Shown here piece by piece: positions 53,686 to 64,000 of a stretch of DNA of 64,000 nt (position 1 is the stretch's first letter; each line of letters begins with the position of its first letter). Under the pieces are notes generated by a model that worked only from the letters and a program-made list of their open reading frames with translations, was not told where the DNA came from and did no database searches. The translations under genes were made by a program, and so were the position numbers. The stretch comes from Azolla caroliniana (lineage: Eukaryota > Plantae > Polypodiophyta): the NCBI GenBank assembly GCA_043228905.1, contig JBHGNT010000004.1:1240001-1304000 (forward strand), given 5' to 3'.

Positions 53686-53831
53686 CAGAAGCAAAACCAT
53701 ACCTTGTGACGGAGAACAACACAAGTTCCAAGGGCGTAAAGAAGAGTAGAAGAGTGTTGAAGAAGCTCAAGACCACCAGGGACAGTCCCATTGAATCCTA
53801 TAACACTACCCAAAGGCAAAGGACGAGCCAT
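47597..53831 (-). CDS. CFAP52: Cilia- and flagella-associated protein 52 (WDR16/FAP52), WD40 microtubule inner protein, ~677 aa
   Basis: 14 phase-consistent GT-AG exons: 53831-53703, 52979-52884, 52798-52715, 52581-52291, 51974-51915, 51434-51163, 50406-50235, 49950-49810, 49679-49614, 49512-49429, 49226-49158, 48524-48423, 48325-48125, 47863-47597. Motifs: VIGFNG, QEFLEGH, YMGFTADIIIWD, LASVGGQDD, GKSIISGWSDGKIRAFGPQSGKL, MKEHK, YHPDESQFLTTGTDRKITYWD, KLWNYDEG. Confidence 0.93.
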
Positions 53832-54260
53832 TGGTTCTCCCCTTCTCTCTCTCTCTCTCTCTCTCTCACGCCGATGCTCTGTTTCTCTCGCTAGTTTCGC
53901 TCTGTGTATATATGTCTGACTCAGAAGAGTTTCTTTGCAACTGAAACCTGTCTTCTGGAGAGTTAGTTAAAAATAGTGGTGGTGTGGTGTGCTTCTTCTT
54001 TCTTGGTTCTTCTTCAAAATGTGTGTGTGTGTGTGTCCAAGCAAAATATTGGGCAGTAGGTGCGGCATAAATAACCGTAGCATCTGCGCCGGTTATCAAA
54101 ATAGTCGCTCGCCCATCTCTCGCCCAACCAATGCTAAATTGGGACCACCATGTCCTTGCCAAATATGGCCCACACTGTAACCATCACAAATCCAGTGTTG
54201 TCCATGTGCGTGGTCTCGTTTGTTGGGAGAATTGAACCCTTCCGTCGAATTGACTAACAT

Positions 54261-54628
54261 GAATTCTAGGGACTGTGTGCCCGGGAATCAATCCGACATG
54301 TGACCATTATAGATTGTTGCCATATCAACCACCATCTGTGACTGTTGGGATGATGTGTGTGTAATCAACAGTTGGAGCACACGAATTCTAGGGATTGTGT
54401 GCCTAGGAATCGATATGAATTGTGACCATTATAGATTGTTGCTAGGTCAACCACCATCTGTGACCATTGGGATGATGTGCGCGGCGTATCAACAGTTGGA
54501 GCACCCGAATTCTAGGGACTCTGTGCCTGGGAATCAATCTGACTTGTGACCATTATAGATTGTTGCCATATCAACCACCATCTTGTGACCATTGGGATGA
54601 TTTGCATGTATCAATAGTTGGAGCACAC
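54261..54628. repeat. Three ~122-bp tandem copies upstream of CFAP52
   Basis: gaattctaggga.t.tgtgcc..gaatc..tgtgaccattatagattgttgc..tcaaccaccatctgtgac..ttgggatgat..tcaa.agttggagcac starts at 54261, 54383 and 54507. Confidence 0.9.
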
Positions 54629-54699
54629 CACATTAACTTCTAAAGATATCGGCACATTACTAGTGAATGTGTTATATATCCGCCAACATATGTGATTGT

Positions 54700-55620
54700 G
54701 GGGATTATGTGCCCACATCAATTGGTAGAGCACGACCATGATAGTATAGTGGGAACAATTTGTCAACAGGCATGTTTGAGATTGTAGATAAAGTTGCAAT
54801 GATAGTCTTCGAGAATAAGTCTTTGAAGGAGATTTTTGTTTGAATATTATTTTCAAGACAAGATATGGAGGACATCGAAACAAAGGCAAGAAACTCTTAA
54901 GGGTGCTCATGTGTAGAGGATACTCACAAGATCATGTGGAAATTGCATATAAATCACATATCATAGATATATGTGTGGCATGCATACTACACTTTGATAC
55001 ATGATGCTTATATTTTATGGTGTAGGGTGCACTCGTCACCTACCACATGTATGTTTGGGATGAGAACTTGTTTAGCTTATGATCTTTTATACTATGCAAG
55101 GATTTGAAAGACCTTGAAAATATTGTGGCAACACTTTCATCCGAGATGGGAGACACAACATTACACACTAGCTTTTTCTTGCCATTTCAACATTCATGAA
55201 TCTTCTAACACCATCAAGGGAATTTGTGAAAAATGTCTTATATCATCGACAAAACATGATCGCATGTTATAAACTAGTCATTTGGCCATTATAAAATATG
55301 ACATTGGGTAAAGGTTAGATGTCACATGTGTAGATCAACCCTCAAAACATCCCTTCTACAAGAGAATTGTGTACATTTTCATACCCTTCTTTGAACTATA
55401 TATGAAAATTGTTTGGCTTCATTTTTCTGCTTGCTTAAAATGTGCAAGTGCAATATTTTCTTTCAATAATCAATGTGATTGAACCCCATAAGTAACCATG
55501 TAAGGAAAATTCATTGGTTCATCGTGGTAAGCTCTCACTATCAGAAAACATACATTTACATGCAAGTAAATGCTCACAAAGTACATATAAAGAGGGGATT
55601 TTCAATGGACAAAGAAGTGG
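54700..55620 (+). mobile_element. Possible degraded hAT transposase remnant
   Basis: Weak trace RW..TLHTSFFL near 55145-55180 (cf. hAT PLHxAxxFL). No ORF or TIRs identified. Confidence 0.25.
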
Positions 55621-55999
55621 TGCATGAGTAACTCATAATTTTTTACGAGTTTTTCATGCACAAACAATCCAATAAGTTGTATCCCTTAACCCTTAACCAC
55701 CTTAATAGGAAATTGCTTAAATTTTCTATTTGTTTTTTTTTAGAATTGGTTTTCCCTCTTTTCTTTAAGAGTGGTGTGGCATGAGGGGGGGATGAATTAG
55801 AGAGTGAAGTGGTGCATGAGCAACTCATAATTTTTTACGAGTTTTTAATGCACAAACAATCCAATAAGTTGTATCCCTTAACCCTTAACCACCTTAATAG
55901 GAAATTGCTTAAATTTTCTATTTGTTTTTTTTTAGAATTGGTTTTCCCTCTTTTCTTTAAGAGTGGTGTGGCATGAGGGGGGAATGAATTAGAGAGTGA
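55613..55999. repeat. Near-identical ~194-bp tandem duplication
   Basis: gaagtggtgcatgag..aactcataatttttt...gaattagagagtgaa occurs twice. The ORF track shows duplicated peptides at 55643 and 55835. Confidence 0.93.
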
Positions 56000-57295
56000 A
56001 ATGGCCATGGTAGGGGCCAATTGACATACTTGAGGATGTGACGTCATCGATGTGGCATCAAGGCATTGGTCTATGTTTTGACACCTTTCTCGGAAAGAAT
56101 CACATTATAATATCTTCACCTATAAATGATCTTCATTTGTATGCGTTGAGAAGGCTTGATGCCTTCAAAACACTTTTAAAACTTCTCGTACCCATCATTT
56201 TTCAAAAATTGTTTCTCATTTTATCTACCAATAAGCCAAGACCGTGATTGGATGTATAGTTAGTAATGGTTCCTAAAGCATTATACATATTCTAAATTGA
56301 ACAAAGATTCTAATCTTAGACAAATATAGATGCATAATAATGAGATGAATGCATGTAGGAAGTATGTCATGCATATTTAACAATATTTAAACATGAAATT
56401 ATCTTACCTAAGGGTTCCTTGACATGCAAGTCACCTTGCAATGGGTTCTACATCACAAACCCACACGTGATTACATGAGGATGATCAACACCATTTCCAA
56501 ATTCCAACCAATCCCACATCAAAAATGATGGGGAGTGTGATGGAATTGAAGGATGAAAACATTAAAACATGAACTATTATATTTTTCACCCCTTGAGTTG
56601 AGATTGGTGATCTATAAAGCCATTCTACTTTAGGTACAAGCCCGCTTTGATTGAAAATGACTCCAAGGATTTTGAGCCCACAAATCACAACCTTTACAAT
56701 GATTCCACATTTTGCTCAACCACAAATTTCATTCCAATAGCTCTATGAGCTTAATTGTAGAATTGTTAAATACGATTAAGATGTAACATAGTGGTAAAGC
56801 TTACGTGTAGGCATTATACCTATGAGGCTGTAGGTTCAAATCTAGCAAGAGCAGGTTTACTTGTTCTGTTCATTACATTAAAAAGACACCACCGTCATCT
56901 TCTGTTTGAGATGATTATATAGCTCTGGATTTTTTTCAAAATTCCACAATGAAATACCTTTATCAAATTTAAGAGCCAAGAATAACTAAGAACAAACAAT
57001 TCATTCCATTTACAGCAATCAAATGCATCAAGTTCATTTCTCAAATGAGTTCAGAATCCATTTCTATGTCTAAATAAGCCAAATCATGAAAACCCCACAA
57101 AAAGCGTAGGCAGGCATTGCTTCATTGGAAAAAGCATAAAATCCATTAGTCATACAAAAACCATTGAAATAACTTCAATTTACAAGGATTTCCATAACTA
57201 GCATTGAAGGTATGAAAAAAATCCTCACAGTAAGTAGGAGGGCTCCATACAAATCACCCAAAAGTGCTGAGCTGTAAAAACTTCTTTGAGAAACC

Positions 57296-60200
57296 TCACA
57301 AATACGAGATTCCATATGAGCATTGAAGATCTCCCAATGAGCTGCTTTCAAGCTGAAAGGTGGCAGCCACAGATTGTCCATGGCCAGCCACAGCAGTGGC
57401 TGTAGTGGTATCCACGGCAAAAGATGACATTCGCATGAGATCCTGAGTCTTCTTAGAATTGTCATGGCCTTGCATCTGAGTGCCCATCATGGATTGATTC
57501 TCGCTTTCAAAATCACATGTATTCAAATCATGCACATAAGAACACCCATACAGACCATTTTCAAGTTCCGTGGCACCAGAGGAGAGCATATGGGAGCTCG
57601 ATGCCAAGGAACTCATCATCATACTCTCCATTGAGAGATCATTGCAATGTTGATGTGGAGCCATGCCTTCGTCATGATGAAGAACTTGATGGTGATTATG
57701 ACGAAGAAGATGATGATCAATCAGATTATGAGAATCGTGTGTCTGGAGTGACAGAAGAGAGAGAGCACGCCCAGAGTCCGTGACTCTTGGTTGTTGTAAA
57801 CATGTCGTAACAGGTATGATTTCAGTGCCTGAAAAAAGGCCGGTCCCAAGTTGTGACAATGATGATGCCAAAGTTAAACCATTACTGACAGGTGCCAAAA
57901 GGTGATTTTGTTGTTGCTGAAGATGATGATCCTTCGGATAAGAAGCATCAGCTTCAATCATTGGTTTGGAGTTCTGGAACAGAAGAAGTGGAAGCTTATC
58001 ATGAGGGAGGGATGGAGAGATGCCATCCATGTATACTTGCCTCTCCATACTTGGCACTTGCCATGCATAATTATTGTACGTTAACTGATTTTCGTATTGT
58101 GGCAACATCATCCCCGTTCGATAGTCCCACGGGTCTTGCCACAGTGTCATCCGAGGAAACCTTGGATGCTGCAGAAAATCACACTCTGCAGAACCCGAAA
58201 GGGAAAATCTCAATAAATCACATTTGCCATAAACAAATGACTATGCACCAAACAAACAGCTACCTATATGTTTGCAGAACCTTGAGGAATATCTTAGTTT
58301 TTATTTGAAAACAATACATTGCCACATACGTCAAAAGAACTTGGCCTCCATGTGTCCATTTGACATTGTATTGCGCCATAATATGTATAAATATGATGGT
58401 GTAGTTACTAGTGGATGACGCTTATGATTTACAACCTTCAGGCTAAAACAATTGGTCTAAAAATTCATTGTATGGTATTAATGGCATCATAGTGGCAACT
58501 AATCAACACTTGTCTCCTAAGAAACTGGCTTTACTAAATTATTTACAGCAACCCACAGGTTGCAAGTGAAAGCATATGTTAAGTTCAATAATAATTTCAC
58601 ATCGAGATGTACATTGTGTGCACAAAGGCCCAAAAACCATGGTGTGAATGCTAGTAAACTCACATTGAAATGCATGTCAGGTATCATGTGCACAGAGATC
58701 ACAAAACCATGGTGTGAAAGTATTGAAATGATCAAAACCTTCAAAACGGGAATGTACTCGGGCTTGTAATTCCAAGGGATATGGCTGTGGCTTCCTTCGG
58801 CGTTTGTTATGCCCTGCGAGGCGCCGTCTACAGCTCCTCTTAGCCTCATCAAACTCAGCTAGCACATGGAACCTTCAGACAAAAACCGAAAGAATCTTTG
58901 CAATAAAAGCATTGAAACTTCATTACTGAAAATTATATAAGAAAACAAAAATTCTGACACCTTGTATAAAGTATTAACAAGAGAGGGAGAATCCCCAAGT
59001 AAAATCATGACAGTGAAATAAGATCTATACACAAGTTTTTCTATAAATACTCCATCTGCACACTGGCGATGCACTGTATGATACTACACAACCTTCTTCT
59101 AAGAACTTGAATTTGTGAAAATGCACAAAGTAAACATATATTCATGTTGTTGGACTTGTATAAAGTAGTGGCATCACCATACACAAAAAAATAAACAACA
59201 CAGCATAAAACTACTTTAGAACCCATTTAATTTAGACCACTACGATCGTAGTTTCGTTAAACATGTGCGCAAGAATGTGTTGGGTGCAATTTATTAACTT
59301 TTCCTTTTAAGACAATTCACTTTACAAACAATTTTAGACCCCACATGAAAATAATATCGTGTGGGACAGTTTGGGCTTTAAGATATCGCAATTATTTTAA
59401 AAAAGAAAACAAAGGCACACATAAGAAGCAAAAAGCAAAACTACACACACAAAGAGCAGCAGGAATTACCTGCTACACTGCTGGCAAAAGCGTTGTTCGA
59501 GGCTTGAGACAACCACTTTCACAGATTTTGAATGCGTTTCACACACTTTATGCCTGCGATGATAATCTTTGGCTGAAGTTAGATCAAGTTTGCATCCCTC
59601 CACTTGACAACATGGCACTTGCAACCTGGCCAACCCTATCCTCGACTTCCGGTGAGCTTTAGGCTTTGGCTTGACACTCAGATCTGGACAAACATCTTGA
59701 GAATAGCTCTTTTTTCCTAAATGAAGACCCGTTAAGGAATCCACCGAGCCACCAGAGCCGGTGGCAGTGCTACTATACTGATCTTCCTGAGACCCTATTT
59801 TCAGAATGTTTGAGCTATTTACACCACTATGAAGAGGAATATATTGTTTTGCATCTAAAATCATTTTACTATCATCATCATTATCACTTAAGCCATTCCT
59901 TTGATTAACAACATAATTAGCTATGGTTTTATCCAAACAACTTTCTACGTGGTTTTTCACATCACTATAAAGATGACCTTGTTCGGCATCTGCTATCGCA
60001 TGCATCGTCTTACTAGCACCACCTTTTAAGCTATTTCTTTGATTAACATTATGTGTAAGTGTTTTGTCCAGGCTTAGAGAGTGACTAATCCCATCCCAAT
60101 TATCATGAAAACGACCTTGGATTGCACTGCCGCGACCATCACTACTTGAATCAACAAAGTATCCATTACCTCCAATGCAAGTTGTTAAAATAGGCATTCT

Positions 60201-60482
60201 TTCAATGCCATGTCCATTGGAAGAAACAATTCCATTCATGTCAGAATCTCGGTCATCTTTGTCTATTGAAGAAGTGATCATGCCCAGGTTTGGGTCAGAA
60301 TGACCTGAATTTTTGTTTCTATGTGAAGAAAATCCATAGCCATCTAGGCTAGATATGGAGGAGGTGGTGTGTTTGTTTACTGCTGATTTCTGAAGCTCAT
60401 TACTCTCACTATGTCCATGGGTTGTTGCGAAAAAACCTCCTGAATCCCAACCCCAAGGGGGAGAATTAGGGTTCCAGGCCAT
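57296..60482 (-). CDS. SPL: SQUAMOSA promoter-binding-like (SBP-box) transcription factor, miR156-targeted
   Basis: Exons 60482-59470, 58872-58739 and 58185-57296. SBP domain [64 protein letters not shown], plus upstream GLHLGKKSY and C-terminal RALSLLS motifs. Confidence 0.95.
57749..57768 (-). promoter_or_regulatory. miR156/157 target site in the SPL CDS
   Basis: Sense sequence GTGCTCTCTCTCTTCTGTCA (encodes ALSLLS), the canonical miR156 complementary site. Confidence 0.95.
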
Positions 60483-60910
60483 GCATAATCTTTCGGTCTC
60501 TGCCCACCACCTGTAGCAAAAGGCCAACAATATATGAACACACTAGATCCTAAAATCTCCAAAAATGAATACCATAACCAACTTCCATATAAAACCTATT
60601 ATAAACCTTAAGTTCTCAAAACCCTAAATCCCCCAAAACTCTAAAACCCTGAGAGCCTCAAACCTTAAATACTCAATCCCCTCCTGCAGAAAAGCAAAAC
60701 CCTAATCAGCCCAGAACCCTAAGGCAACCTTAGGCAACCTTGCGCCGCCCCTTAAAACCCGAATATTTCAAAAAACCCAAAACGCACACACAAAGAAGCC
60801 CATCAAGAACTTTACCTGCAGAAGTCATCCAAGGGAAGCTGGAGGGCATTAGAGAAGCATCCTCATTGGTGGGTAAATGGACAACACAGAGAGAGAGAGA
60901 GAGGGAGAGA

Positions 60911-61225
60911 TTAAAGCTATGGAAGCTATGTGTATTATATATATGTTTGTATTGTGTGTTTATGAGAGAGAATTGGGAGGTGGGGGGGGGGGGGTTGGGA
61001 GGAGGATTCGAACCTTGGACTTTCAGAATAACTTGCTTTCTTATTGGGCTTCTTATGGTGGCCCATTGGAACCTTGGACTTTAGAGAAACATTAAAGCTA
61101 TGGAAAGCTATGTGTGTTCTATATATTTTGTGTGTGAGAGAGAGAGAGAGAGATTCGAACCTTGGACTTTAGAACAACTAGCCTTCTTATTGGGCTTCTT
61201 CCGGTGGTGGTGGCTCATTGGAAGG
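60911..61225. repeat. Degenerate tandem duplication in the SPL 5' leader/promoter
   Basis: ttaaagctatgga(a)agctatgtgt...gagagaga...gattcgaaccttggacttt.agaa..ttcttattgggcttctt..ggtggc.cattggaa occurs at ~60911 and ~61092. Confidence 0.75.
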
Positions 61226-63079
61226 ACACCTTTTGTCACTATAGTGTCTCCTCCTCCTCCTCCTGCTTCCCGAGTACACATTTTACCTTCATCTAGATTT
61301 CATCATCCCTCCCTGTCTCGGCGCACATTGCCATGCCCACTACTATGTATACCATGTATTCATACACATCTTTGCTACGACCATTGAACATATTAGTACC
61401 ATCCTCACATCAACCCAAAATAGACATTGACCATAGATAGGAGAAATTAGTATCTAATAATAGGCTATGCTAGCTTCATTTGACGGGCATAGAGGCGAGA
61501 GGAACGTCTCATTTTTGTGGATGTATTGTATATTGTGATATTTGAGGTAGATATTGTTGATTGTTTTGTGGGAGGGAGGGAGGGAGGGAGGGGTTGGACC
61601 ATTGCACCTTATCGTGCAATTCAAGGGCAAAATGTGTTTTGATATCTGTATTATTGAATTTTAGAGGCAAATATCGACCATATTGAAAGATAGGGCACTC
61701 CCATGCACTCATTAGAAGAATGTAAACCCCTCGATGATAATGTGCATTGCCTATACATAACACAACTCATTGAAGCCTAAATAGAGTACAAAAGAAGCAA
61801 ATGAACTCCCCTAAAGAGATTACCTTCAAGGGAGCTAAAGCACTAGGGGTAGGAAATTCCTTAGACCACTTGGGAGAAGAATGAAACACTCTTTTTGCAA
61901 ACAGATGAGCCATCACTGGGAAGCATCACAAAACCAAAATTATGCATTTCATGGGGCTTTGGGATGGGCCAACATGGCCAATCTTACCTTCTCACTTTTT
62001 ATCTTTATTTATTGTTTGTTACATTTCATTTTTCAAACAATCTATGTTGTCATATTGTTTTGGTCTCATGGACAACATTTGCCTATTCAAAGACATCAAC
62101 ACACTTTTGCTTCTTCTTGTTCTTCTCAAACTACATAGCGTTCATTCACACCAAAAGATTATTGTCGAGCTTTTCACAGGGATTGTTTAAGTGGCCAAGG
62201 GGAAATTACCCCAATAGAAGAATGCACAGATGAATCACTCATCCATGGTGAGTCATTTGGGTAGGGGGGATCCTAGTGCAATCAAGCTCCTTGACTCACA
62301 ATTGTTTCTTGGTCAAATGATTTTGCAAATTCACGCCTATTATGCTTCAACCATAAGTGAGCACATCAGTAAGCAAAGTTTATGTAGAGATACCGCATTA
62401 GTGGTTTTTAAGTAGGTACCATGCCACGAGCTTGAGGCATGTTAGCATTTGAGCATCCCATTGTGATCAAGTTCCTTGGCTCACAATGAACTTTGGTGAG
62501 ATCATTCCGCCAATTTATAGTTGTGGGCAAAGGCGCAAATAGAAATTATGTTGTACGAAAATGTACGGAGGTCATGCTTCACACAATATACCAAACTACA
62601 AAACCATCTTCTTCTCCAAGCAAGTAACCAACAATCATCCATTTTACTTGATTCCCATTCTCTTAAATGTTGATTGTGCAATTTTTACTTTTGAGATATC
62701 AACTCCATTTTGTTATTTGGAAATAGATTCAAAGAATTTGCAATTTGGTACCCAAGTAAAGAAGTTATAAATTAATAAAAGCAAGCTATACTTCTAATTT
62801 GTCGAATCAATCAAAGCAAATTGCAGTTGGGAAGTTATTAGATTGATATTAACAAAGTCATTATGAAGTGGCAGACCTTATGTGTAACAATCACAATTAG
62901 ATTGTGTGCATAATTCAACTAGCCACAAGTAGTATAGGGTATTGTTATTGTTATTTATGATATATTAGATAATATATCTCTCATCATCCTTGAAGCACTC
63001 CTCTCTCTCTCTCTCTCTCAAAAAACACAATTATATTAATAAATGTTTGTGAAAAACACTACTTACAATGGGTGTCACA

Positions 63080-63610
63080 ATGGAGTTTTGTCACCCACTA
63101 AGTAGATGGGTAGTGGAACATGGTGAATTGCCAGTAGGCAAGACAAATACTCCATCGAGAAAATAATTTCTACTTGCTCCAATAAAGAAATTTGCCACAT
63201 TAAAATTTCCCTTCAACTTTCGTAGATATGCTTTGACTCCATGCCTACCATCAAATACAAAAGTATTGTGCATATCCCAATTATGATGCAATCCCCAATA
63301 CCTCTAAAATAGGAAAACTACCTCCATCTCTAATTTTAGGTTGACCTTTGTGAATTGTGCAAACATTCACTGTCTTGGTGTCAAATAACATCGTGAAAAA
63401 ACTTGCTAAATTTGAGAAATGTAACTCCAAATCTGACAAGCAATTAGACATTGTAGGAAATGATGAGTACTCCATTTGAATAGTGCAAAAGAAGGAATTG
63501 CCCATTGCTAATCCCAAAGGTAAACCCCCAATCAAAACTCTCCAAAGGAAGACCTTCACTACAAATAGCAATTTAGAATGCAAACTATGTTTTTAGATTT
63601 GCCACCATGC
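63080..63610 (-). mobile_element. L1-like LINE 3' fragment (zf-RVT), same family as 27200-27660
   Basis: KVFLWRVLIGGLPLGLAM..FFCTI..WDMHNTFVFDGRHGVKAYLRKLKG. It aligns visibly with the 27.2-27.7 kb copy. Confidence 0.7.
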
Positions 63611-63840
63611 ATGATTAGAGCTATGTATTTTCCATTTTTACTTAGCCTTAGTTGATAGCCATCGAAGAGACTCAACGAGGCAATGATACAAGAGATTAGT
63701 AGTCACTTGTAAATAGGCATCATACCCTGTAAAAATCGATCAAACAACAATTGCTCTTCTTTTTGTAAAGGTAAATGACCTTGCATCAATACAATATTTT
63801 GTAGTTGTTGCTAGATAAACCCATAATTGGGTTGGATGCG

Positions 63841-63844
<4 letters not shown>

Positions 63845-63899
<55 letters not shown>

Positions 63900-63900
63900 A
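63845..63900. repeat. (CT)n(CA)n compound microsatellite
   Basis: Directly visible. Confidence 0.95.
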
Positions 63901-64000
63901 TAGAGCACACAAGGCATATCGTGTTCTCATTAACATACACATCTTAACGACATCTTACGTATTCAACCTTAGATCATATCATGCATTATGTTCCATTAGC

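Noticed and set aside
54261-54628. 122-bp triple repeat as a CRISPR or ncRNA array
   Set aside because: The whole unit is repeated, there are no spacers and no recognisable RNA family.
56783-56850. tRNA-like A-box/B-box (tagtggtaaagc...ggttcaaatc); similar B-box motifs at ~26797, ~27005 and ~61005
   Set aside because: No cloverleaf could be folded. At most these are SINE-head relics, too weak to call a tRNA.
57749-57768. Plus-strand miR156-like 20-mer as a MIR156 gene
   Set aside because: No hairpin partner nearby. It is the antisense of the target site within the SPL CDS.
58186-58200. Apparent broken SPL acceptor (TTTCGG instead of TTTCAG)
   Set aside because: A canonical TGCAG acceptor at 58186-58187 keeps the frame, so the gene is not disrupted.

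Overview
Eukaryotic, AT-rich nuclear DNA from a land plant with flagellated sperm, probably a fern. This is inferred from GT-AG introns, an intact CFAP52 axonemal gene, a PLS-class PPR gene and a miR156-targeted SPL gene. I reconstructed eight protein-coding genes by hand: TOC1/PRR1 (-, runs off the left edge), a PLS/E PPR (-), TANGO2/NRDE (+), a GRP7/8-type glycine-rich RNA-binding protein (-), a class B HAD acid phosphatase (-), an AT5G41960-like membrane protein (-), CFAP52/WDR16 (-, 14 exons) and an SBP-box SPL (-). The window also holds a decayed Ty1/copia element with both LTRs, PBS, PPT and TSD, several LINE remnants, a PPR pseudogene fragment and many tandem or inverted repeats. The most unusual observation is that the 5' end of the PPR gene is a diverged ~850-bp duplicate of the 5' end of TOC1. 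The copy keeps the leader exon, the donor sites and a still-open first coding exon, suggesting a TOC1-PPR chimera. The TOC1 leader itself is built from four tandem acceptor+ATG modules. All gene models and family calls come from reading the sequence, with no database searches.
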